A DNA stretch of 37,100 bases from Campylobacterota bacterium (GTDB lineage: Bacteria; Campylobacterota; Campylobacteria; Campylobacterales; Sulfurovaceae). This document shows positions 8,966 through 17,947 of the stretch, piece by piece. The DNA is taken from the NCBI GenBank assembly GCA_034722955.1, contig JAYEOM010000093.1, forward strand, positions 1 to 37,100. Direction: 5' to 3'. Both the position numbers and the translations under genes were made by a program. The notes under the pieces were generated by a model that was given only the letters and a program-made list of their open reading frames with translations, had not been told where the DNA came from and made no database searches. Position 1 is the stretch's first letter; each line of letters begins with the position of its first letter.

Positions 8966-10047
8966 AAACCAAAGAGCTCTACATAGGTCTCATGTCCGGT
9001 ACTAGTCTGGATGGTGTGGATGCGGCACTGTGTATGATAGATGAGGTGAGTTGTGAGTTGGTTGCCTCTTTGGAGTATCCTATTCCTGATGAACTAAAGA
9101 TAGAGATACTTGCAGCCATCGAGGGTCAAGTCCGATTGGCTAAAGTGGGGGAGTTGGATCACCGTTTGGGTCTTCTGTTTGCTAAGGCGGTCAATGCACT
9201 GCTGGAGCAAGAGCATTTGAAGCCTGCTGACATCAAAGCTATTGGCTCTCATGGGCAGACAGTGTGGCATGAGCCTGCGGGGAGTTATCCGTTCACTATG
9301 CAGTTGGGAGATCCAAATATCATTGCAGTTAGAACAGGTATATCTGTTGTGGCGGATTTTCGGCGTAAAGATGTGGCTTTGGGAGGGCAGGGTGCACCTT
9401 TTGCTCCTGCTTTTCATAAGTTTTTGTTTGGTGACATGGGAGACGATATAGCTATTGTCAATATTGGAGGTATGGCAAATATCACTCTCCTCGGTGAGAA
9501 GCTGATAGGGTATGATACGGGTTGTGGCAATGTGCTGATGGATATGTGGATAGCTAAATGCAATGGTTTGGAGTATGATAGGGATGGTCTATGGGCGAAA
9601 AGTGGCAGGGTTGACTATCCTCTGCTAGAGAGGATGCTTGATGATGATTACTTCCGACAAGAGTATCCGAAAAGCACAGGTAGAGAAAAATTCAACGCAG
9701 AGTGGCTAGAGAGTATCATCAGTCAAGTCCAGAGCGGTGGAGAGTGGCAAGCTGATATCCAAAGAACACTCCTTGAGCTAACTGCTATCACTATCTCCAA
9801 TGAAGTGCTGAAGTTCCAGAGAGATATTTTGCTTCTTTGCGGAGGCGGAGCGAAAAACAGTTTTTTGGTAGAGCGTATCAAAGCTATGATACCAAACATC
9901 CAAGTAGTGATCGCTGCCAATGCAGATAGTTTGGAAGCGATGGCATTTGCTTGGCTGGCATATAAGCGAATCCATAAAGAACCTGTCAATCTCAAAGATG
10001 TGACAGGGGCAAAAGAGAATAGTATATTGGGGGGGATTTATGAATAA
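8962..10047 (+). CDS. anmK: Anhydro-N-acetylmuramic acid kinase
   Basis: IGLMSGTSLDGVD, GSHGQTV.H, DFRRKD.A.GGQGAP, NIGG.ANIT, PKSTGRE and EA.AFAWLA. Confidence 0.96.
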   Translation: MKTKELYIGLMSGTSLDGVDAALCMIDEVSCELVASLEYPIPDELKIEILAAIEGQVRLAKVGELDHRLGLLFAKAVNALLEQEHLKPADIKAIGSHGQTVWHEPAGSYPFTMQLGDPNIIAVRTGISVVADFRRKDVALGGQGAPFAPAFHKFLFGDMGDDIAIVNIGGMANITLLGEKLIGYDTGCGNVLMDMWIAKCNGLEYDRDGLWAKSGRVDYPLLERMLDDDYFRQEYPKSTGREKFNAEWLESIISQVQSGGEWQADIQRTLLELTAITISNEVLKFQRDILLLCGGGAKNSFLVERIKAMIPNIQVVIAANADSLEAMAFAWLAYKRIHKEPVNLKDVTGAKENSILGGIYE

Positions 10048-10978
10048 GGTCAAATCATGGTTGGAGAGTGTCGGGGTGGAGGGAGAACTGGAAATTGCAT
10101 CGGTTGATGCGAGTGCCCGTGCCTATTATCGGCTGAGAGAGAGCATCCATAGTAGCATCGTGATGGATGCATCGAAGCAGAAAGAGAGTATCAAGCCATT
10201 TATCGAGATGACACACCGACTTAGGGAGGCTGGTGTGAGGGTACCAAAGATTTTTGTTGTCAATCCTCAGGAGGGATTTTTACTGCTTGAAGATATAGGT
10301 GATACTCATCTGTTGCAAAAGCTAGAGGATAATACTTTTGAGGGTTTCTATGAGAAGGCGATGGATAGTATCATCAAAATCCAACAAGCTGACATAGAGG
10401 AACTGCCACCTTATAATACCGAATTTTTACGCAGTGAAATGGAGTTGATGCAGGAGTGGTATCTCGAAAAGTACCTCAATAGAGCATTTGATGATGGAGA
10501 GAAAAAGGTGATATCCGATACTATAGAGAAGGTGATCGAAGTGGTATTGTCTCAACCTCAGGGCTTTTTTGTGCATCGCGATTTTCATTCACGCAACCTG
10601 ATGCTAACACCCCAGGATGAGATCGTGGTGATTGATTATCAGGATGCCAGAGTAGGTGCGGTCACTTATGATCTGGTGTCACTGCTTCGTGACTGCTATA
10701 TCTCCTTTGACCCTGTGAAAATTGAGAAACTGGCACTGCTCTTTAGAGACAAGCAAGGCTTGGATACAGATGATGAAACTTTTATGAGATGGTTTGATTT
10801 TATGGGATTGCAACGGCATATCAAGGTTTTGGGAATTTTTGCAAGATTGTATCTGCGAGATGGCAAAGATGGCTACTTGGATGATATCCCCCAGACACTG
10901 AAATATGTGAAGGATGTGAGTGCAAAACACGAAGAGATGAAACCATTGATGAAATTATTTGAAAAGTTAGGAGTGTAA
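10040..10978 (+). CDS. amgK: Anomeric MurNAc/GlcNAc kinase AmgK (APH-like phosphotransferase)
   Basis: DASAR.YYR, LLLEDIG, VHRDFHSRNLM, IDYQDA..G...YDLVSLLRDCY and QRHIKVLGIFARL..RDGK. Adjacent to murU. Confidence 0.92.
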   Translation: MNKVKSWLESVGVEGELEIASVDASARAYYRLRESIHSSIVMDASKQKESIKPFIEMTHRLREAGVRVPKIFVVNPQEGFLLLEDIGDTHLLQKLEDNTFEGFYEKAMDSIIKIQQADIEELPPYNTEFLRSEMELMQEWYLEKYLNRAFDDGEKKVISDTIEKVIEVVLSQPQGFFVHRDFHSRNLMLTPQDEIVVIDYQDARVGAVTYDLVSLLRDCYISFDPVKIEKLALLFRDKQGLDTDDETFMRWFDFMGLQRHIKVLGIFARLYLRDGKDGYLDDIPQTLKYVKDVSAKHEEMKPLMKLFEKLGV

Positions 10979-10979
10979 A

Positions 10980-11654
10980 ATGAGAGCGATGATACTAGCA
11001 GCAGGTTTGGGAACACGGATGCGTCCTTTGACGGATCATACCCCAAAACCGCTCCTTGAGATAGGTGGGATTCCCCTGATCGTATGGCATATAGAGCGAT
11101 TGGTACATGATGGATTTCACGATATTGTCATCAATATCGCACATCTGGGATATCAGATACCCAAAGCACTTGGAGATGGCTCTGAGTGGGGGGCAAGGCT
11201 CTCATATTCGGATGAGCAGGAGGAGGGGGCTTTGGAGAGTGCCGGTGGAATCATCAAGGCACTGCCTCTTCTGAGTGATGATACATTCTTGGTGGTCAAT
11301 GGTGATATATGGTGTGAATATGATTTTGATAGAGATAAAATACTACCCCAAGGTACTCTGGCACACTTGATCCTCGTGCCAAATCCTGATCACAACATAG
11401 AGGGTGATTTTTCACTACGGGGTACTGTAGTAGGTGATGGCGGAGGAGATAGATATACATTTTCCGGTATAGGATACTACTCACCCAAGCTATTCGAGGG
11501 GTTGGCTTATGGCAAGAGAGCCTTAGCCCCTCTGCTGAGAGAGGCTATGAGAGAGGGGAGGGTAAGTGGTGAACTCTTTGAGGGGGAGTGGAGAGACATC
11601 GGTACACCAGAGAGATTGGAAGCACTCAATATCCATCTCTTTTCGGAGGGGTAG
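10980..11654 (+). CDS. murU: MurNAc-alpha-1-phosphate uridylyltransferase
   Basis: AMILAAGLGTRMRPLTDHTPKPLL, LESAGGI, VNGDI, LVPNP.HN..GDF, TFSGI and W.DIGTPERL. Confidence 0.93.
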   Translation: MRAMILAAGLGTRMRPLTDHTPKPLLEIGGIPLIVWHIERLVHDGFHDIVINIAHLGYQIPKALGDGSEWGARLSYSDEQEEGALESAGGIIKALPLLSDDTFLVVNGDIWCEYDFDRDKILPQGTLAHLILVPNPDHNIEGDFSLRGTVVGDGGGDRYTFSGIGYYSPKLFEGLAYGKRALAPLLREAMREGRVSGELFEGEWRDIGTPERLEALNIHLFSEG

Positions 11655-11677
11655 CCTAAGCAAAACATAGAGTCCAA

Positions 11678-11732
11678 TAGGAGCTGTGACTTTAGCCTCA
11701 GCCATCAGGTGGAGCTAAAGCACCACTTCCTA
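11678..11732. repeat. Inverted doublet of REP-like hairpins (REPIN-like)
   Basis: tagga-gctgtga-ctttagc-ctcagc on + and tagga-agtggtg-ctttagc-tccacc on -. Each is a short stem around (c)ttta(g). Confidence 0.55.
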
Positions 11733-11735
11733 AAA

Positions 11736-11781
11736 TCCTTATTTTATTGGCATTGCCGAGGACGGATGGGAACGAGCGAAA
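11736..11781 (+). repeat. Dispersed 46-47-bp repeat, copy 1
   Basis: Matches the reverse complement of 36793-36839 with one mismatch and one 1-nt gap. Confidence 0.85.
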
Positions 11782-11857
11782 TCAACTTGTTGTCACCAAT
11801 AGTGGGTAGCCTTAGCTTATTAAGAGGTTGTATGAATTAGGGTTGACATATCAGTCA

Positions 11858-12283
11858 CTATTGAGCTACAAACTCCTCACTACTCATCAGAGTTATCCCA
11901 TCAGAAACAAATCTTTTATCATTTGATAAAATTAAATCACAAGAAGATTTTTTAGCCATGATGTATTGAATGGTATCTTCTAGGTCTGTGAAATTTCTAT
12001 TTTTCTTCATAAATTTGCAACTCTCTTCTATCTCTTTGTTTCCAAATTCAATGACTATACAGAGTTCATTGATATCGAGTATGGAGTCTAGTGCTTCCAT
12101 CTTTCCTTTTTTTGAGAGTATATAATATAGGGTAGTTATGATATCACAAGAGGTAAAAATATTAATATCTTTTTCTATAAGTAGCCTAGATATAGCTTCT
12201 GCACTCTCTTCGTGAAAAGGTCGATTTCCATCGTACATATCAAGGATAATATTAGCATCTAAAAAAACTCTTTTATAGTTCAC
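11858..12283 (-). CDS. PIN-domain (VapC-like) toxin
   Basis: VFLDANIILD, TTLYYIL, DLEDTIQY and ILSNDKRF. The likely GTG start at 12283 overlaps the antitoxin end (ORF track start 12313). Confidence 0.88.
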   Translation of the reverse strand: MNYKRVFLDANIILDMYDGNRPFHEESAEAISRLLIEKDINIFTSCDIITTLYYILSKKGKMEALDSILDINELCIVIEFGNKEIEESCKFMKKNRNFTDLEDTIQYIMAKKSSCDLILSNDKRFVSDGITLMSSEEFVAQ

Positions 12284-12512
12284 GATTTGCCTTGATAGAT
12301 TGGATAGACTCATCTGTAAACAATCCTGTTGCTGAACCTTTTAAGCGATTAAAAGCTTTGAGACGCTTTTTTATTTTGATCTCTTTGTATCTCTCCTCTA
12401 TCATCTCTTGCATGAGTGAAGTCATAGATTGTTGGGTCTCTTTGGCTAACTCTTCGAGATGTAGAGCCACATCTTTTTCAAATACAAAGTTCTTTCTTAC
12501 CGTCACTACCAT
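12273..12512 (-). CDS. Putative antitoxin (RHH-like)
   Basis: 79 aa with an N-terminal strand VRKNFVF then two helices. AAGGAG RBS. Overlaps the PIN gene. Confidence 0.78.
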   Translation of the reverse strand: MVVTVRKNFVFEKDVALHLEELAKETQQSMTSLMQEMIEERYKEIKIKKRLKAFNRLKGSATGLFTDESIQSIKANREL

Positions 12513-12716
12513 GTGTTACTCCTTTTTATGTATATACTATTATGTAACAATAATAACACATCATAAAGGGAATGTCAAGTGCATCTCAATATAAAAACCC
12601 AAATAGCCAAAGTGGTATCTTGTTGCCACTTCCTATCTCTATATCATCAGCAACAACAAATGAGTTTGGTACATCTTTCTAGTGACAAGTTAAGTCTGTT
12701 TTGATATAGTTTAATT

Positions 12717-13019
12717 ATGAAAAAAGTAATTATAGCTATTAGTTTGACTGCAATTTTAATATTTTGTTTGGTATGGTTGGATATACAGAATGACAAAGAG
12801 AATATTTTAATTGTGAAAAAAACTTCCTATGCTTTTGATGATTGGGAATGTGGCTATAGATGTACACAAACAAAATTTAAAGTTTTTGAAGATGAACGCT
12901 ATAATGTAGAACGCATTAGATATGGAAAAGATTTTATGGCAATTCAAATAAAATCAAAAAATGATATATTAGGCTGGGTGATTTTAGATGAGAGTTATGA
13001 GGTTATCAATAAAAAGTGA
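12717..13019 (+). CDS. Hypothetical membrane-anchored or exported protein (possibly SH3-like)
   Basis: N-terminal hydrophobic helix and C-terminal GWV. AT-rich. Confidence 0.6.
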   Translation: MKKVIIAISLTAILIFCLVWLDIQNDKENILIVKKTSYAFDDWECGYRCTQTKFKVFEDERYNVERIRYGKDFMAIQIKSKNDILGWVILDESYEVINKK

Positions 13020-13027
13020 GGTTTTTT

Positions 13028-13233
13028 ATGTCTACTATAAAAGATTATGTTGAAAAGCGACTCAGTATATTAGAAGTAAATCACCATAAAAATGGGTAGT
13101 TGAATATTTTGATGGTAGAGAGTGGGAAGAAGAATCAACGATGGCCTTAGTAATATTCAATCCTTTTGGCAAAGAGACGGTAAACATCTACTCTAATGAT
13201 ATACTACCCTCTAGAAAGTTTGAAGATTTATGA
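13028..13233 (+). pseudogene. Frameshifted small gene
   Basis: GAGG RBS and ATG 13028, with TAG at 13097. Adding one A to the A5 run at 13088-13092 gives a 68-aa ORF whose TGA overlaps the ATG at 13230. Confidence 0.5.
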
Positions 13234-14186
13234 AAAATATAAACCTAGATAGAAGATACTTGCTATGGTATGCTCAGAGGGGTCCTAGTATATTTGGTGA
13301 TTGGGTGTGGCTCACTACGAAGTTTTTGCCTGCATTGGAGCGTTTCAAACTAGTAGCCAAAGGAAAAAAGGACTCCTGTCTTATCAGTGATGTCTATTAT
13401 AAACTTGGTGATATATTCTTCTTTATGGATGCCCCTTTGTTATCACTCAACTATTTTGAACTGAGTATCGAAGCTGACCCTAAATTTTATGCAGCCTATA
13501 GAGAGGCTGGTTGTAGGCTTGATGAGATGGGACGATATGATGAAGCAGAGTCCTATCTCAGAAAAGCACTCTCACTGTGTCCAAATGATGAAAGTGCACA
13601 ATCAGATTTGACTGTGATTTTATCAGATAATCAAAACAATGAAGAGCCTCTCTACAAAAAAGGTGATAAAGGCTGGGAGATAGATGAGTTGCTTGCCACT
13701 GGTAAGTTCACACAAGTCCTCAATAGACTCAAAAAAGTAAAGAGTATAAAAGATAGACAGAGAAGAGCGAGAGCCTATGGAGGTTTGGATAAAAAAGATG
13801 AGATGATACGAGAGTGGGAGTTGATGAGTACAATGAGTGGAACAGTAGAGTATCAGTCATCTGATTGGTTTTATATGCCTGACAAGGTATGGAATAGTAA
13901 GCTTTTTTGGTATGCAATCGAAAAGCTGGAGGGTAGGTTTGTGCATGGAGTTACACTTTATCATGATACACTATTTAAAGTTGTCCAATACTCCAAAGAG
14001 GGTAGTTCATCCACAGATAATGATTTAGAAGAACACAACAGAAGAGTCGCCCTCTTTGCCAAATTTCAGATAGCTAGACTCACTAAAGATGCATCAATGA
14101 GCAGAGAGTTAGCAACACAATACCCCCAGTGGACTGAAGCGTGCAAGTTGAATAGGAGACTGAACCCAACCATTTACTATAAATAG
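13230..14186 (+). CDS. Tetratricopeptide-repeat protein
   Basis: TPR patterns VYYKLGDIF...SIEADPK and AYREAG..LDEMGRYDEAESYLRKALSLCPND. Confidence 0.8.
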   Translation: MKNINLDRRYLLWYAQRGPSIFGDWVWLTTKFLPALERFKLVAKGKKDSCLISDVYYKLGDIFFFMDAPLLSLNYFELSIEADPKFYAAYREAGCRLDEMGRYDEAESYLRKALSLCPNDESAQSDLTVILSDNQNNEEPLYKKGDKGWEIDELLATGKFTQVLNRLKKVKSIKDRQRRARAYGGLDKKDEMIREWELMSTMSGTVEYQSSDWFYMPDKVWNSKLFWYAIEKLEGRFVHGVTLYHDTLFKVVQYSKEGSSSTDNDLEEHNRRVALFAKFQIARLTKDASMSRELATQYPQWTEACKLNRRLNPTIYYK

Positions 14187-14524
14187 TATCAAATTAAGCC
14201 ATTAGAGAAACACCCTCTTGTTCACTCCATGTATGAGACTACACACTCTCATCATACTCTATGACAAGTTAAGTAAGATAGGAATCAAAATATCAACTCC
14301 AAACAAAATACGCTACAATACGATAGAGCCTATGGAGAAGATAAAGAGATGTCTATAATATGTCTCGATAGCTCTATAGTTGTGAGTTAATTGAATTATA
14401 AGGCTACACCAAATCTGACACTTCCTCAAAACGAACGGGTGAAGGGTGACTCTCCTTAAGGTGCTTTTGAGATAATATAGTATAAACTTTATCGGTTTTC
14501 TTATAGACTGATGTTGTGGACTTT

Positions 14525-14612
14525 GTAGGTTTGGCAGTGTCAAACACTTGAATAATTCATATCTTGTTTTCATTGGCGTGCTTTATCTATTGCTTGGTGG
14601 TGCCAAACCTAC
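14525..14612. repeat. GTAG-initiated inverted repeat pair (REP doublet or structured RNA)
   Basis: gtaggtttggca (14525-14536) and tgccaaacctac (14601-14612), a perfect 12-bp pair. Each arm has its own imperfect hairpin. Confidence 0.65.
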
Positions 14613-14660
14613 CGTGTAAGGTCAGTTATGAAAATACATCTTTTATACTAGGATATAACA

Positions 14661-15023
14661 ATGAAAAAATTGATTCTCATCTCTGCTATCGCAGCAACTA
14701 CACTCTTTGCTGAAGGTTTGGCTGATGTCGCACAAAAAGCAGCTGTTGACCATACAACAAAAGAGGCTACCAAGATAGTCAATGATCAAATAGCAAAAGT
14801 GACCGGAACAACTAAAGAGAAGGCTGAAGCAACCGATACAAAAACAGAAGAGAAAGCTGAAGCGACCAAAACAGAGGAGAAAGATACAAATAGCAGCGAG
14901 AAAGCCAAGGAGCCGGCATCTCTAAAAGATAAGGCTATAGATGCAGCAGCAGGTCAAGTGGCAGACAAAACAGGTGCAAGCAAAGATGTTGCAAAAACAG
15001 CCATCAAGTCAGTTGTTAAGTAG
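14661..15023 (+). CDS. Small secreted low-complexity A/K/T/E-rich protein
   Basis: Signal peptide MKKLILISAIAATTLFA. Internal EKAEAT and KTEEK repeats. AGGA RBS. Confidence 0.8.
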   Translation: MKKLILISAIAATTLFAEGLADVAQKAAVDHTTKEATKIVNDQIAKVTGTTKEKAEATDTKTEEKAEATKTEEKDTNSSEKAKEPASLKDKAIDAAAGQVADKTGASKDVAKTAIKSVVK

Positions 15024-15027
15024 CAGC

Positions 15028-15843
15028 CTAACTCTCTAAGTAGTTTGCCACTGCATCTTCGTCGTTGGTGTGTGGCAGTATGATGTCTGCTCTCTCTTTG
15101 ACCTCATCTAGAGCATTTTGTACCGCTATAGCTGTGCCTGCTTTTTCAAACATCCCTAGATCATTGATACTGTCACCAAATACAGTAAAGTCCCTCAACT
15201 CTCTACCTAGATACTCTGCTACTGTCTGCAGGGCATGGGCTTTGTCTCCGTCTGGGTGCAGGATGGTGAGGAAGTAGCCATTTGAGTACTTTTCTGGGGA
15301 GAGTTTGTACTCTAGTTCATCACCAAAAATTACTCTGAAGTGTTCTGTGAGCGGTTGTAGTGTTTCGTGATCTCCGAAGTAGACTAGCTTGAGGTTCATC
15401 TCCATGGCTCTGATCTCTCTGCACTCCTGCATGCGCGGATCATTTTTGTAATTATCCAGTACACTGTTTTGGTGTGAATTTAGTGTAGTTGGAAATAGAA
15501 ATGCCTCATTGAGCTCCATATCTCTCAGAGCAATGATGAAAGGGTATATACCAAACTTCGCCCCCTCATCTATGATCGCATCTCCTAGTGCTTTGTTGAC
15601 TAGCTTGAGGTCAATAAGCTCTTTCTGGGGTGAGACGACCATGCTGCCATCGAGTAGTATCATCGGCGCATGGAGATGTAGTTTGTCTAGAAACTGGTGA
15701 GTTTTTGTATAGCTTCGTGCTGTGGCGACAGAGAGGGTAGCGTGCTTGGTTTTGTCATTCCAAACTCGTCTGCTAAAGCTGCTGACACTCTGGTCTGTTC
15801 TGAGAAATGTATGGTCAAGGTCGGTGATATATATAGGTTTCAT
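15028..15843 (-). CDS. Cof-type HAD-IIB hydrolase/phosphatase
   Basis: DLDHT (DxD), ATAR, K(AHAL), VFGDSIND..MF and NDEDAVA. Confidence 0.9.
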   Translation of the reverse strand: MKPIYITDLDHTFLRTDQSVSSFSRRVWNDKTKHATLSVATARSYTKTHQFLDKLHLHAPMILLDGSMVVSPQKELIDLKLVNKALGDAIIDEGAKFGIYPFIIALRDMELNEAFLFPTTLNSHQNSVLDNYKNDPRMQECREIRAMEMNLKLVYFGDHETLQPLTEHFRVIFGDELEYKLSPEKYSNGYFLTILHPDGDKAHALQTVAEYLGRELRDFTVFGDSINDLGMFEKAGTAIAVQNALDEVKERADIILPHTNDEDAVANYLES

Positions 15844-15845
15844 GG

Positions 15846-16892
15846 CTAAGAGCTTGCTATCTTCTGGTCTATATAGTTTTGGATAAAATTTTTGACTTGA
15901 GTGTAGATAAATGAGTCTTTGTAGTTTTCGACTTTACCACCACTGGCATTGGGGTGTCCTCCTCCGTTGCCGATCTCGGCTGCCATCTTGGAGACATCCA
16001 TCTTGTCATTGCTTCTTAGTGAAAAGTGACCGCGAAAGTTGATATCCATATAGAAGTCATAGTCACTATTGGCGATGAGGAAAGCGTTGCCGATGAGTGA
16101 ACTGCTGCCGACATTGTAGCCTAGCAGCCCCTTGTATCCACGATACTCTATGGTGAGTCGTGCTTTTTCAGCGGAGAGGAGTTTGGTGACATAGGCAGCT
16201 ACTAGATTGTCTTTGGTGTCATTCTTCTCTGCTATGAAGAAGGCTTTTTTTGCAGGATGCACTGCATCATCGAGTTGGATATTTCCCTCCTTTTGAGTGA
16301 CAAGCGTGCGGGCTTTTTCTATGAGGCTGAGTTTGAGTGCTCTATCCTCCGCAGGAAATAGGATACGATTTACCTCTCTAGCACCAGAGATCATGCCTAG
16401 ACATACTTTTCCAAACTCAAAATACTCATCATCGCTCACCCAGATATCGATCGCATTTATCGCTTTGACAATTTGGGCATTATGGTTGTTACTGTCAAAA
16501 TCATAATGTTCTTGCAGCCAATCATAGGTGATCAGTGTCGCAGAGCGAGTGGTATCGAGCTTGTACCAAGCGAACCGTTGGGCTGCTTGTGCTCCTGTGC
16601 CATGGTGATCAAGAAGCTGAAGTTTGGCACCGATGCGTATCGCCTCTTTCTCTATCCAGTTCCCCTCTTTGGTCGTGAGGTTGAGGTCAGTTATCAAGAT
16701 CAAGTACTCTCGCTCCTCTTTGTGTAGAAATTTCTCCTGCTCTATCCTCTTGATCATCTCTTCGAGACGGGCTTTGACCTCTGGTCCATAGTTGGCATTG
16801 TAGCATTCGATCTTCTCAAAGCATTGTGTCGTTAGGTATTGGCAGCCATATCCATCGAGATCGATATGGGAGAGGTGATATAGATGTTGCAT
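15846..16892 (-). CDS. DHH/DHHA1 phosphoesterase (NrnB-like oligoribonuclease)
   Basis: SH.DLDGYG, ITDL, LLDHH, SLRS and GGGHPNASGG. Confidence 0.88.
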   Translation of the reverse strand: MQHLYHLSHIDLDGYGCQYLTTQCFEKIECYNANYGPEVKARLEEMIKRIEQEKFLHKEEREYLILITDLNLTTKEGNWIEKEAIRIGAKLQLLDHHGTGAQAAQRFAWYKLDTTRSATLITYDWLQEHYDFDSNNHNAQIVKAINAIDIWVSDDEYFEFGKVCLGMISGAREVNRILFPAEDRALKLSLIEKARTLVTQKEGNIQLDDAVHPAKKAFFIAEKNDTKDNLVAAYVTKLLSAEKARLTIEYRGYKGLLGYNVGSSSLIGNAFLIANSDYDFYMDINFRGHFSLRSNDKMDVSKMAAEIGNGGGHPNASGGKVENYKDSFIYTQVKNFIQNYIDQKIASS

Positions 16893-17290
16893 TATAAAAT
16901 ATCCTTAAGTGTTAGACTATATAGAAAATCGTCTATTTTGTCTTGAAATTTGTGCAGAAAAGGGGATATAGAGCATGTCCCGATAACACCACTCGGACAT
17001 GAACCTATATATTGTGTACAGTCCAAAACAGCAGGAGGTTTTCCCTCCGCAGCAGTAATAACACTATAGAGGGTTATCTCTCCCAAGTCTTTTGTGAGGA
17101 GAAACCCCCCATGTGCACCTTTTTTGGATTCGAGTATACCTTGTTTTGCCAAGCTTTGCATAATTTTTGCTAAAAAACTCTTGGGTATATTGAGATTGTT
17201 TGCAAGTTGCTCTGCCCCGACTGGTTTATCTGATTTGCGTATCTGATCTAGTGAGAGCAGGGCATACTCACTTGCTCTTGTTAATAGCAT
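16892..17290 (-). CDS. Rrf2 family transcriptional regulator (three Cys, probable Fe-S)
   Basis: LTRASEYAL, IPKSFLAKI, S.KG.HGGF.L and C-x6-C-x7-C. AAGGA RBS. Confidence 0.92.
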   Translation of the reverse strand: MLLTRASEYALLSLDQIRKSDKPVGAEQLANNLNIPKSFLAKIMQSLAKQGILESKKGAHGGFLLTKDLGEITLYSVITAAEGKPPAVLDCTQYIGSCPSGVIGTCSISPFLHKFQDKIDDFLYSLTLKDIL

Positions 17291-17412
17291 TGAAATCCTT
17301 CTTTACTAATTAAGAGAATTTTACTCTTATTAAATTAAAATAACGAGGTATACTCTCTATACATGATCAATAATATTTTTTTGCCCCTATTTAGCCCATC
17401 TTTATATTTTCG

Positions 17413-17504
17413 TGATAAAATTACGGTTCCAATTCCAATCAGTGTATTAGAGGTACCCTTTATACATTGATATAGAAAATTCAATTACCGATCAGGAGGT
17501 CACT
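17413..17504 (+). promoter_or_regulatory. rpsO promoter and structured 5' leader
   Basis: TGaTAAAAT at 17413-17421. Hairpin atcagtgtattagagg...cctttatacattgat at 17438-17471. AGGAGG RBS. Confidence 0.55.
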
Positions 17505-17774
17505 ATGGCTTTGGATAAGGCGAAAAAACAAGAGATCATTGAAAAATACTCAAGAGGCGAGAACGATACAGGTTCTACAGAAGTTCAGGTAGCAATATTG
17601 ACAGAGAGAATCATCTATTTGACAGAGCACCTGAAGATCAATAATAAAGATCACTCTTCAAGACTAGGTCTTTTGAAGCTTGTAGGACAGAGAAGAAGAT
17701 TGATGAGATATCTCAGAAAAGTTGATTTGACTCGCTACAATACCATCAAAGATGCTCTTGCTATCAGAAACTAA
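17505..17774 (+). CDS. rpsO: 30S ribosomal protein S15
   Basis: [38 protein letters not shown]. Confidence 0.98.
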   Translation: MALDKAKKQEIIEKYSRGENDTGSTEVQVAILTERIIYLTEHLKINNKDHSSRLGLLKLVGQRRRLMRYLRKVDLTRYNTIKDALAIRN

Positions 17775-17787
17775 TACAACTCTCTCA

Positions 17788-17807
17788 AGATTGCCTTCGG
17801 GCAGTCT
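17788..17807 (+). terminator. Hairpin after rpsO (cUUCGg loop)
   Basis: agattgcc-ttcg-ggcagtct, with a weak U-tract. Confidence 0.55.
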
Positions 17808-17947
17808 ATAGACTATATACTACTAATATTACTACTTACCCTTATCTCCATCATCAAAAATCTACTATATGTCACTATCTTAATTTGTAAAATTTTAAAT
17901 ATCAAATATACCTCAATTATATAGAATATAATGTAAGGAATAGAATA

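Noticed and set aside
14313..14573. 86-aa minus-strand ORF
   Set aside because: Runs across repeat and hairpin DNA with no convincing RBS or motif.
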